NCBI GenBank assembly: GCA_013265495.1
Contig: MU057880.1
Coordinates: forward strand, 1,270,527-1,334,526
Direction: 5' to 3'
DNA length: 64,000 bases
DNA from: Vicugna vicugna
Lineage: Eukaryota
Part shown: positions 43,857 through 56,092 of the stretch, one piece after another
How the letters are laid out: every line of letters starts with the position of its first letter
How positions within the stretch are numbered: position 1 is the first letter of the stretch
Translations under genes and position numbers: made by a program
Notes under the pieces: model-generated
The model's database searches: none
What the model was told of the DNA's origin: nothing
What the model saw: only the letters and a program-made list of their open reading frames with translations

Positions 43857-44225
43857 GTGTACTTTAGGGACATAAATACATCAAAGTCAGAATCCCTCTA
43901 GCCATCTCCTCATATCTCCTTCCTGCACCTTCTCCCCAGAGGTGATCACACTTGTGAGGTTAGTATGCATCTTTTCAGCAAATTTAAAAATCATTTTACA
44001 TACATAATCAGTGGATATCTGTGTGTTTTTTTTTAAAAAAAAACTAGCATATTGTAAATGCAGTTGATGACACGCACTTTTCTGTAACTTGATATTCCTG
44101 TTTTTTAACAACTGCTCCTACTTTAACAAGTGGAGAGGTGCAGGGTCCAGCCAGTCTGGGGGCTACGGTTTTATGGTGCCGGAAATAGGGCTGAACCTGG
44201 AGGTGGATATGAGGGACGGTCTATT

Positions 44226-44795
44226 CTTTTTTTAATACCTTTATTGTGGTATGGTTCTTGTTCAGTAAACTTCACATATTTCAGATGCACAATTTGGTGA
44301 TTTTTGATAGATTTACACACCCATGAAACCACCACCACAATCAAGATAGCCAATATTTCCATCACTCCCCAAGAAGTGCAATTTTCAAATTCCCAATTTA
44401 TCTCTTCCTACCCTCCTTTTACCCTCTGGTAACCAACCATAAGTTTGTTTTCTATGTTTGTGAATCTGTTTCTATTTTGTAAATAATTTAGTCTTTTTTT
44501 CTTTTTTTAGATTCCACATGTAAGTGATATCATATGGTATTTTTCTTTCTGTTTCTGGCTCACTTCACTTTGAATGACGATCTCTGGTTCCATCCATGTT
44601 GCTACAAATGGCAGCATTTTATTCTTTTTTATGGCTGAGTAGTATTCCATTGTAGATATATACCACAACTTCTTTATCCAGTCATCTGTCTATGGACATT
44701 TAGGTTGTTTCCATGTCTTGGCTGTTGTACATAGTGCTGCTATGAACATTGGGGTGCAAGTGTCTTTCTGAATTATATTTTTCTCCAGATATATT
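44226..44795 (-). mobile_element. Composite L1: old 3' end (44226-44370) joined to a younger 3' segment (44380-44795)
   Basis: accaccaccacaatcaagata..atttccatcac, followed by caaattcccaattta..gattccacatgtaagtgatatc. Confidence 0.8.
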
Positions 44796-44857
44796 TCTTG
44801 AGAACATAGGTCTACAAGGCATCAGCCAAGAAATTTTCCCTTGGTTGGAACAGGAAT

Positions 44858-44990
44858 ATTTTTTTGTGGGGGAAGGGTGGGTAATTAGGTTTATGTATTT
44901 ATTTATTTATTTTTAGTGGAGGCACTGGGATTGAACCCAGGACCCCATGCATGCTAAGCATGCGCTCTACCACTGAGCTGTACACCCCCC
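44858..44990 (-). mobile_element. tRNA-derived SINE (Vic-1-like)
   Basis: gtaattaggttta(ttta)n..gattgaacccaggacc..atgctaagcatgcgctctaccactgagct. Confidence 0.9.
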
Positions 44991-46805
44991 TCAACCCTGA
45001 GGTGGAATCTTAATGTGACAAATACCACATTATTGCCTTTGGACCCTTTAACATCATACGAGAGGCTTTGCTTGGCTTCATAGATGTTCTATTTAAATAA
45101 TTGGCTTACAGCCATTTGTTCTATTTTTCTCATTAGCCTATCTCAGTACTTTTAATTCTACTTTATAAACAAAAGCAGGATTTATAAGAGTACAGGATAC
45201 TGCTTACAGGGTTCAATTAAATTCAGCAGACTTGGATTGAGGCATTTCTGTGTTCTAGCTAAACAATTCCCAATCAATCTGTGTGCCTCGGGCATCCTTT
45301 CAAATGGTTGTGTCTTGGCTCCTGAGTCTGACACGATGTCATTTCCACGCGTGGGGACCATTGTTCTCCTGTTTCTCAGGGTGATCCCTTCCCAGATGTG
45401 TTTTTGGTTGATTCCCACAGCTGGCTCCATCTAGAAAGTCTGCAAACTCTCCTCCTGCAGAAACTGACCGGCTAGCTTATCCTTCCCACTAAGAAGCTGG
45501 TCTTTTCAAAACCTCGGGGAGATTAGGAAACCCACAGTAGAATTACATTGCCCTTTATTTCAAAAGGCAAAGAGTTTCACTTTGTGTGGCCCTGAAATGG
45601 CATGTACTCCTGATACTAAAAATTCCTCTGCGAGAACATGAGAGAACGTGGAAAGTAAATACAAGAGCCCTGACCTTTGACATCGCATCTTTCGGGTTTT
45701 GACAAGGTTTCTCCGGTAGAAACCTGACTTTTAGAGACCACATTCTTTCACTCCACGGAATTTAAGGAATTTATTTGATTCTCCATGGAGGCAGCTTTGA
45801 AGACAAAGAGCTACCCAGCCACGCTGACCCTCGTCCATCACACAGGCACAGCCGGTTAGCGGGCCGGCCTCTCCAACAGGAAGGCGCCTCTCTGGGTCCT
45901 GGCCCGCTTCCTGTGAAGGGTTCTCTGTGTCTCAAAGCTTAGCCTTCCTCTTAAGGAGCATAAAGATCCTCAGATGTCTGCTCCCAACCTAAAAGCCTTT
46001 AGAATTTTACATATTCCTTCCTCCTACCGGCTAGCATTCAGAGAGCTCGGCATGGATTCTGCTAAAGCGTCATTTGCATAAAAGGTGGGCTGGGGGACTG
46101 GCTGATGTAGGTCTTTGCTCTTGCATCAGTCTGCCTCACGGGGGAAATGTCTGGTCAAATACATTCTATTCATAAGCCTCAACTTGCTAACTGACAACCA
46201 AGTGAACGTCTCTGGGTCATTTCGAATTTAATTATTAATCAGAAGCACAATATATTTTACTTAATCATGGGTCCTTCTTGCTTGTATCAAGCCTTGCCAT
46301 ATAGTGCATAGTCAGTGCACTTCAGTCCTGAGTCTTGTCCCCACCACTGGGCTGGAGACAACAGGGACTGGAGGAATCCTGCATGAGTCCATAAATAATC
46401 TTTTGAGACTCAAAGATGGCTTGATGCATTGTTTGAGCTGGCTTTTGGGACTGGCTTCCCCATTAATCCTATGTCATTGAAACATAGACAGTTTGAAACC
46501 ATCCTTGACTGCTGTGTTCCAGGAAAACAGGAGGTCTAAGCACTGGATCTCTAGATCAATCTGCCTGGAAGTAAAAACAAAACCATGGAAAGGGTAACAC
46601 AACAGTATTGCCACAGGAAAAATGAAAGGTCAAGCAAATATTTACCTGGCGTGCTCTCTTCTCTATATATATTTTATGTAATTATTTTTAAAAGATTTAT
46701 GATTCATTTTGCCCTATGAAGTAGACTCAAAAAATTAAGGGAAAGCTGGCATTTTTGTATCCAAGCTACTTTAATAAAGAGTTTTACTTTAAAGCTGTTT
46801 GCCAA

Positions 46806-46978
46806 CCAGGGAATGTAGAAATAAATCCATTTTCAAATGGGAAATTCTATATATACATGTAGAAATAATTTTTTAAGAAAGTTTAATTTAGTAACCCAGG
46901 GAGCATAGAAACAAATCCATTTTCAAACAGGAAATTCTACATATATGTGTTTTTAAAGTTTAATTTAGTAAAGCAGGG
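46806..46978. repeat. Tandem duplication with a 90-bp offset
   Basis: ccaggga..tagaaa.aaatccattttcaaa..ggaaattcta..aaagtttaatttagtaa occurs at 46806 and again at 46896. Confidence 0.9.
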
Positions 46979-46989
46979 TTTATTTGTTT

Positions 46990-47337
46990 ATTTTCTCTTT
47001 TTTTCTTCTAGCTTTATGGAGGCATAACTGACAAATATAATTGAATATGCTTGAAGTGTACAATGCAGTAATAGGATTTCCATATACATTGTGAAATATT
47101 TATCACAATTGAGCTAGTTAACACATTCGTCACCTCACATACTTCTCGTATGTGTGTGTGTGTGTGTGTGTGTGTGGTGAGATTGTGTGACTTCTACTCT
47201 TGTTAGCAAGTTTCAAGTGTATAATACAGTATTGTTAAATATAGTCTGATCCTCAGAGCTTAATCTTCTAACTAAAAGTTTGTACCTTTGACCAACATCT
47301 TCCCTTTCCCCCCTCCCCTGGCAACTCCATTCTGTTC
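46990..47337 (-). mobile_element. L1MA-like 3' end with internal (TG)n
   Basis: agctttatggaggcataactgaca..tatacattgtgaaa..aaagtttgtacctttgacc. Confidence 0.8.
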
Positions 47338-47465
47338 TCAAACAGCGTTTATTGTTCAATAACCAGAAAACAATCAGTTTATCAGAATTAAGTTTTGTAA
47401 AGAGAAGCGATTTCCATAAAAAAGTGAGTTTAACATTTGGATATATATTAGCTTGTGTTCATCAT

Positions 47466-47921
47466 TGTTAAAGAAAACCACATTCAATGATGCCTGTTAA
47501 AGATGGTAAAGCTGACTTTACTCAGGGCCATCACAGCAGGTATGGGGCCAGTGCAGGGGGAGTCTACCGCGGTGGGGAGGGACTGGGCTCAACCTGGAAG
47601 GCAGCAGTGTGAGTGGGGACTCACAGCCCCACAAGGGGTGGAAGAGGGGTCAGCGGATGGAGAAATGACTGAGAGGAAACACCAGGGAGAAGGGCATTCA
47701 GGTAAACTGGCCTCACCAGATTCTTGCTAAGGACAGGCCAGGTGATCGGACATCACCTGTGGGACCCAGTCAGATGCTGAGAGTGATCAGATAGCACGCA
47801 TACGGGCTTCCGGTCAAACTGACTTTGCAGGGCTCTTGCTGAAACTCGATTTTATCAGAAAGTACACAGCTGGGCCTAAGAGAAGGTTCAGGAGCCCAGC
47901 TAAAGCCGAGAGTCTTTATCA
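47466..47921 (-). mobile_element. ERV1 solo LTR (MER31-like)
   Basis: tgttaaagaaaa...gagtctttatca ends; 4-bp flanks tcat/ccgt. Confidence 0.65.
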
Positions 47922-50900
47922 CCGTGGTCACCATTATGTTTTGGTATAGTCCTCATGTTATTTTGTCAATATCCTTGTAATAACATACGACATAAGGGGG
48001 GGAATGACATTGATAGGCATTCCTTAAGGGTGCTAAATATGAACACACACCACTTTGAGCAAAGGAAAAGCTTTCAATGACACGATTCCCTGAGATGTAA
48101 ATGTACATAATTTTAAACTTATTTGCAGCCCTATTTAACGTTAACTCGTTAAAAATGGTGCCTCATTTCATTGAAAAAAAGCATTTTTAAAAAATTTTAC
48201 TTACGTTAAGTTTGTTTTATTTCTATCCTAACTTTACTGGCTTAATATAAATCCATTCTATATATCAGAATTTCATGAAATGTAAACATTTTCATTTTTC
48301 TTTGTCCAAGTGCTCTTTGGAAGTCTTTGCATCCAGGAAAGTGGGTGCGCCTTTGGTAGACACTATTTTCATGCAGCTTTGCCTGTGCAAATTATAGAAC
48401 ATGAATTTTCTTTCTCTAAAAATAGGTTGCCACTTGCCTAGTCACTCGGTCCAGGGTCTTTCTGTGGCAGGATGATGTTTGAGGTCTCATCCTGATTCAG
48501 AGGTTATATGAATTCAACAGATCGCATCTTTAGAAACAGATCCAAATATATTGTAGCGTTAAAAATATTTTTACTTATTTGTAAAGAAATACTGTTTTGT
48601 CTTTACTTATGACTCAGTGATGTGAAAGCAACTAGAGATACTGCACTGAACTGGTCCACACTGATAGTTACTGTAAAATGTGGAATTCTGGAGTATAGGT
48701 GATGCTGAGCAGTGACTGCAACTTCCTGAGACCGAGGCACAGGGACGCTGGTGCCCGTTGTTAGATGCACATACTGCAGACGGTTTCCACTTTTCTCATC
48801 GTCTGCAACTGCTCTGTCAGTCACATTTGCATGCAGACTACTTTTATAGGCACCTGTTGCCATGGTAGCACAGAACAAGAATGAAAACCATTATTTTACG
48901 GGGTGAGAGTTCCCACGAGGTACAGGTGCGGGCTGGTGAGAACATCGCTTTTGCTTTGTCAGGTTGCCAAGGTACGGGGCCAGGTCTGTAATAACAAGTC
49001 CCGTGGGGACTGTGGGGCTCGTCTGAGGCTGTCCTTGTCTGTGATCTAGGCTACCTTCACACCTTTATTAGACTGCTGGGACCCAAATCTAGCCCCACTG
49101 ATAACATGGCACTGATTTCCATCAAGACACACCGAAGCAGATGGATTTTCCAATGTGAGTTATTAGCTGATAAAGAAAGAAGCCCACACGTTTGTGTGTC
49201 TCTGTGCCTAGGGTGGGGCTGACAGTGGTAGTGATTCTTTCTGCCGTTTTGAAATAAGATAATTACAGAAAGGTTTTTCTCCGTGTGTTTTCTAAAAACT
49301 GAGACATCAAATGAAATCATTGGAACTAAAAGGAACCTTGCAGAAAACTGTGATTTATCACTCTGAGGTTGTACCTGCTGTATCTTTGTCACGTGTCTAT
49401 TACATGCCAGGCGTCACATGGACTCCCCGTGAGAGGTAAGACTTCATGGTCCACGGTCAGTGAAATGAAACCCCCAGAGAGACCCAGACGAGAGCAAATG
49501 ACCAGCACGGGCAGTTCCATTTTTTGCTCCTTTCCCGTTTTTCCATTCCATCCAGATGCCGTCTTACAAAGACCCATGTCTTACTCTGCTAGCATTATTT
49601 TGTTTACTTCACTCTTCCCAAAGGAGGCAGTGTTTTGGAGGAGCTTTGTAAATAGCCAAATACGAAGTGGATACTGACTTTCCGCAGGGTTCTGTCAATA
49701 ATAAACGTTTACCAAGTGCCTACTGTATGCCGAGCGTTGGATGAGTTAGTTACTGTAGTGAATTACTCAGTTCTACCCCTTACCTGTCTTATTGTATCGT
49801 TTCTACTTGCTCTTTAAAACCAGTTCCCGGTAAAGGTGCGGTCTTTAACACAGTAACTTGACAAGAGATGGTGAGAAGCTTAAGCTATTGACTTAACAAA
49901 CTGGAAACACACACACACATGCATGCTCACACGCACCTGAGCTCACTCAGACCCTCAAAGAGGTGCAGGAAACAGGTAGAAGAATGTACCAGGTGATGTA
50001 ATTTAACTAAAAGAACTGAGTGAGAGGAGTTTCTCACCTTGGTTGGAAAGTACATCTTCACTTTACTCCCTCTTCAGCCCCTGAGAGCATCTTGCCCTGG
50101 TTCCCTTCAGCTTTTGCTCTTTTGACGTTTTCACCTGATGCCGTGTTCCCTCGCCTGTCACCGCTCCTCCAGCCCTACAGGAGAGGGGTGGTGGGGCTTG
50201 CAGACATGGCAGATCTCCCAGCTTCCCCCTGTAGGCACAGAGCCCTTATTCAGCATTGACTCTGGCTGCCTGCCTTCCTGCCTCCCTCACCCGATGGTGC
50301 AGACTCGGACTGTGGGATCAAGGGCCCGGGCAGTCCAGACCAGTCCTTGGAGAGGGCAGGGCCAGCATCGAGCATTTGGACACTTTGGTATCAACTTGGG
50401 AGAGTATTTTTGTCTCTTGAATCTAACAAAATACTTGTTTGTATTTTTAAGGAATTTCATTTCTCTAGTAAAAAATTATTTATTTCATTTTATTCTACTA
50501 TTATTTTATTCTATCTATTTATTTTATTCTATTCTATTCTACGCTACTCTTTTCTTTTTTTTTTTCCTTTTAACAAAACAATAGTCTGCATGAAGTGTCA
50601 GGTCTGGGGAGAGAAAGAACGAAAACACCTGGCTTTTCACTACAGACCGTTTGAGAAGCACTAGTCTACCTGCTCTCAGGTCCTCTAAAGATGTCTTTTG
50701 ATTCCCTACCTGCATGCTTTTGCCTATTTTTTTAGCCAACACTGCCTAGCTCTTAAAACCCAACAGTGATATCCTCCACCTCATGAATTTTCCCTGAACT
50801 CTTACACTGAAGTTCTTCGTATTTCTGCTGAAACCTTGTGACTGGCATCTTACTGAAAGCAGTCTCACTTAGCGTTCTGTGCAAACGCGCGTGTCGTTCT

Positions 50901-50974
50901 GCAGCGCCACCTCGGAGGCTGCACCTGAGACATCCACTCAGGGTGCATAAAAGCGTGCACTTGGAAGTCACACA

Positions 50975-51195
50975 CAGACATCTGGGCTAGAGTCCTGAGT
51001 TCTGTCACGTGTCAGCTGAGGGATCTTGAGTCAGCTAATTAGCCGCTCTGTGCCTCAGTTTCCTCAGGTATCACAGGGGATTGCTGGTAGCACCTAGCTC
51101 TTAACGTTGCTGTGAAAATCAAATAATACATGTGAACAGTTAAGGGCACAATTCCTGGCACACACCTGCCGCTCAGTAAATGCCTGCTGTTATGT
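50975..51195 (+). mobile_element. MIR
   Basis: ctctgtgcctcagtttcctca..gttgctgtgaaaatcaaat..cctggcaca..ctcagtaaatg. Confidence 0.75.
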
Positions 51196-51335
51196 TTTTC
51201 ATTATCAATATTGGCAGCATGTTTAGAATATATTCCATTGCCTTTGTTCAGGCAATAAAATTAGTCATGTAACTGCTTTGTTTTGAGGAGAAAGAGATAA
51301 GAAGAGACTCCCACAATGGCTTTGAAAGACCCACT

Positions 51336-51523
51336 TTTTTTTTTCATTTTCATATTCTTTTTCATTATAGGTTACCACAAGATATTGAATATAGTTCCCT
51401 GTGCTCTACAATAGAAACTTGTTGTTAATCTATTTTATATATAGTATTTGGTATCTGCACATCTTGAATTCCCCGTTTGTCCCTTCCCACCCCCTTTTCC
51501 CCTTCTGGGAACCATCTGTTCTC
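51336..51523 (-). mobile_element. L1 3' UTR fragment
   Basis: catattctttttcattataggttaccacaagatattgaatatagttccctgtgct. Confidence 0.85.
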
Positions 51524-52269
51524 TGTGTGACAGGCCCACTTTTTGAAGACACGGCGAGAATGGATGGGGGTGCCAAAGTGTGGAAAGTCACTGGATTTCT
51601 GCAGATTCCTACTGAGCTTTGGGGAGCTGGTCTGGGCAGCCGGGACATCCTTGTTTAGGCTGTAGGCACATAACTCAGGTCACTTATAAGAACTTTTTTT
51701 TCTGACAGACAAAACTAACACTACCAGAAGGAAAATGGGATTTAAAAAAAGAAACTTTAGAAGAAAGGCAGCATGTCTAAAAATATCCCCACCCACAAAA
51801 TATTTGGCTGGAGCACCTGGATTTTTCTGAATATATTTTTAGTTAGGTAAACACTGAACAGATATATTTTCCTAAAAGAAGAAAGAGTCATTTTATGGAA
51901 AAATGATGGTTGGCCATCATCTTCAGCTTCAGAAGTTCAATTTTGTAAAAATTTTGCCTTTTTTTTCTTTTTAAAGAGTGAGAAGCTGTGAATTTGAACA
52001 AGATGCAGTAATGGTGGTGAATAGTCATAACTGCTTAGTTGACAAGCTATACCCCCAGGTGGGTTCTTTGTAGGGTTACTATCCAAGAACACAGACACGC
52101 CAGTGATAACTCTGGGGCTTCGTCACGTGACAGTGAAACGGAGTGCTTGTTTTAATGCGTGCACTACACAAATACATACATTAGAACCATGTGGCAGATA
52201 CATAGGTATCTAAGATATGCTTTATTAGGCCTTAAAAAGTTAGGTAAAATCTGCTAAAACTAAGCAGAA

Positions 52270-52313
52270 ATATATATATATATTTATATATATATATATA
52301 TATTTCTATATAT
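52270..52313. repeat. Interrupted (TA)n microsatellite
   Basis: Seen directly. Confidence 0.9.
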
Positions 52314-53141
52314 AACTAAATTAAATGCCAAGAAAAGTGGCACTGAATTTAAGGATTATGGTTTCATGGTCAAATTATTTCCAGTATATTGAATGTCAAT
52401 TTGAAGGGAGGACCATAAACATAATTCTGGGAAGAGCTGGAGGCATGATTTAAGAGTTACTTAAGCCCTTGCTAGACAGAGACACTGATGCAAAGACAGA
52501 ATTTAGCCTCCAGTTGGAGGCTAAGAAAAATAAAGTAAACTCCAGTGATTTGAGGCCTTACAGTCTGATTCTGTGTCTGTAGGTGGAACACAGACACACT
52601 TATACACACGCACTCAACCCGTGTTAACATACACACCAAGCAGGTGCATGGATCTGAACTACAGGACTGACACACGGTTTCGGAGGCGAAGTTAAGCTGA
52701 ACACACGTTTTCAGTAATAAGGTCTGTTGGACCTGAGAGACGCAGCCGTCTGTTGGGGAAGTGAAATCATCACAGGCTGTTGAGTGATTCAAAATTAGAT
52801 CAGACAAAGCACTTTAAAAATACGCTGTAGGAAGCAATCTGATGTGGAGAAAAAGGCAGTAAAAAGATGCCCTAAGTTGGGTCTTTTCGACCTCTGACTT
52901 TGAATGCTTTCTTATAGTTTAAAAATGGAAAAGTGTAATATTTACAGACATCCTGAAAGTGAGGATCTAAACTCTAAAGTGCTTGTTAGTCTACATACGT
53001 GATGCTCATGGCTCTCTTGTAGAAACAGCAGAAATGTCGCTACGTGTCTTAGTCCTTTCTCACCACTAGCAATCGACAATGAAGAAACAGCCTGGGGCTC
53101 AGAGCGCTCTTTAAGAAGTGCTTGGTGGATGTGTCCTTGAA

Positions 53142-53410
53142 AGTTAGTATCTGCAAATCTCAGAGTCTCGGTTTACCCCCCCCTCTTCCCTCCCCGGTAA
53201 CCAGAAGTTTGTATTCATTCTATGCATAAAATAGATAAACAACAAGGCCCTACTATATAGCACTGGGAACTGTATTCAATACCTTGTAATAACCTGTAAT
53301 GGAAAAGAATATGAAAAGGTATATATGTATCTATAGCTCTCACTGAATCACTATGCTGAACGCCAGAAATTAACCAACATTGTAAACTCCTACAATGAAA
53401 TTAAAAACAA
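53142..53410 (+). mobile_element. L1 3' end with an inverted 5' segment
   Basis: 53142-53212 is antisense L1; about 53222-53410 is sense L1. Confidence 0.85.
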
Positions 53411-54989
53411 AGTTCTATACACATTTATCCAAAATGTGGTAGCCTGAATGAAACAGGATTAAGATTTTTTTTAACCATATATAACGTCATTATAATTGGA
53501 TTAAAACATATGGTGCTTTTTTGGGGGGAAATGGTATAAAGATTCTTTGAGATTCATTAGCTAATGTTTGTTAAAAAGGGACCTTGGATGAGAAGCAGCT
53601 TCCAGAAGTAATTTTTTATGTTCTCTCTGACCCTCTGGTCTTCACTTAAATAATTGGTGACCATGTACAAATCTCTTTATTTCATTTGGTTTCTCTTATA
53701 TTCACAGGCAGTCAAGGTTCTCCATAAAAGGAAAGAAATTCAGGGGAAAGGGCCCAATACAGGTTTCTAGTGGTTTCTAATTTATGCCTCTTTCATGTGC
53801 CCTAGAGGGACTTGCTGGGCGCACTCTAGCTCACCTTGGGGGAATGTTGGTGCCCTTGGGTTCAGCGGATGCACTTGAACCAGCAGTGGGAACTGGCTGT
53901 GCCCTGGAGTCAGCCTCTGTGGCCTTCTGGATAAACCATTGGTTAGACGTAACAGCCCCACGGATCGGCTTCCTGGAGCCAGTTCTGAAGGAGACCTCCC
54001 TGATCTGCAGGTTGTTTGGAGACCCGCCGTGCACCCTCTGAGCTGTCCAGGTGCCGGTGGCTCCGTGACCACCCCGCCCATGTGACTGGCTTCATATAAA
54101 CGTCATAGAAAGTTGGCTTATGCTAACTCCTCTTCCAGTCCCTGCTTCCCGAGGTGTGCTATTAATACCAAGTCCCCTATGTGCAGGAAACAGAGACGAG
54201 GGTCATTGGTCCAGTGCCTAGAGTTTGCTGTGGTACTGAGGCAAAATTAAACCACTTCATTTTCCTTTAGAAGTAGTGGTGATGCTGGGGAGGTGCTGGC
54301 CATGGGCGGCATTTGCCTCGGCACCCAGTCCACTGATGGGTGGTGGAAGATGCCCAGTGAACAGCTGGCTGGCTGGCTGGCTGGATGGTTATTACAGGAT
54401 AGGCTACATTTTGAGACTGCTATTCCTGCCACCCTTTCTTAGCACTTGGCCACTTAGAGCGGCCAACCCCACAGGTCTGCGAAAACACAGGAGGGAGAGA
54501 AAGGACGGGAGTTCGATGCCAGAAGAATCAAAGTGCCAGTCTGTGTTGAGGAATCTTTGAATCACAAGCATCTGTGCGACCTTGCCTAGCCTTCAACTCC
54601 TCAACGTGATGACCTAGGGGGACACTGGGAAACTGAAGACAAACACAGCTGTGTCTGAATCTTACCTTTGCTACTTGCAGGAATTCTGTCCTGCAGATAT
54701 TTAACCTCTCTGAGGCTGTTTCCCTCTATTGAAATGGAGAAATTACCTTTTGCCTTGGAAGCTTGGTTTTTTTTTTAACTCCTTCCCCACAATAAGGTTT
54801 TGTTTGGTTTCTTTTTTTTTTTTTTTTGGAAGCTTGTTTTGAGATAAAACACTTCCTACAGTGTGCACGTGTGTGCCTGGACAGTAGTACTAACAGTTTT
54901 CATTTTTTCAAGGATCTTCTCAATGCCTGGGTCAGGGCTGGAGCATGTCCAGACCCTTTCATTAATCCTCTGACTAAATGCGCAGGGTG

Positions 54990-55112
54990 AATGCTATCAT
55001 CCCCATTTTACAGATGATCAAATTGAGAGTCAGTGCAGTAAAGGCATCGCAGAGCTGCAAAGTGTGAGAGCCGATACTGGACTTTACGTTTATCTGATTC
55101 CTGAGCTCAGAC
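54990..55112 (-). mobile_element. MIR
   Basis: tatcatccccattttacagatga..ttgagagtcag. Confidence 0.65.
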
Positions 55113-55732
55113 TTTAATTTACCCTGAAGAATAAATATTATTTCTTCCCTTGCCCCAAAGAAATGGAAATGACACAATTCTCCCTATTTGAGTTCATCTG
55201 TTTACCCTCTTCTGTAAGGTAGTGGCCCTGTTCCCCCAGTAAACCCCAGGAGGCCCAAGTGCTCTGCTCATCTTGCTTGCTTATTTAAAATCCAGCCGTG
55301 GGCTTCATACAAGTAGTGTGTTGGATTTCATGATTGAACTTAACATTTTGCCAATAGATTTGTCCTCCGTTATTTCAGGTTAGATGCTGCAGCACGGAAG
55401 TTCATGGAGGTTCAGAGATGCAGTCGAATTCTAGAGACACTGGGATGACTCAGGTTTTCTATGACACCACCTGAGGGCGAGAATAAGATACAGCCTTCTG
55501 GGTGGGTCACAGGACAGTGGTCTCTAGCTTCTGTCCTGAATAGAATCAGATTCTTCTGGCCATGCATCCACCCATGATGTCAGTGGGAACTTTGAATGTT
55601 AAGGGTGGAGATGCTTAACTTGGATGATCTGACCTTGGAGCTGTTAGCAGAAGCTGGAAACGCTCATTCTGTGCCTGAGTCAGGAGGATGTGAACCTTGG
55701 ACTTACTCTGACAGTTGCCTTTAATTAAGTGA

Positions 55733-56092
<360 letters not shown>

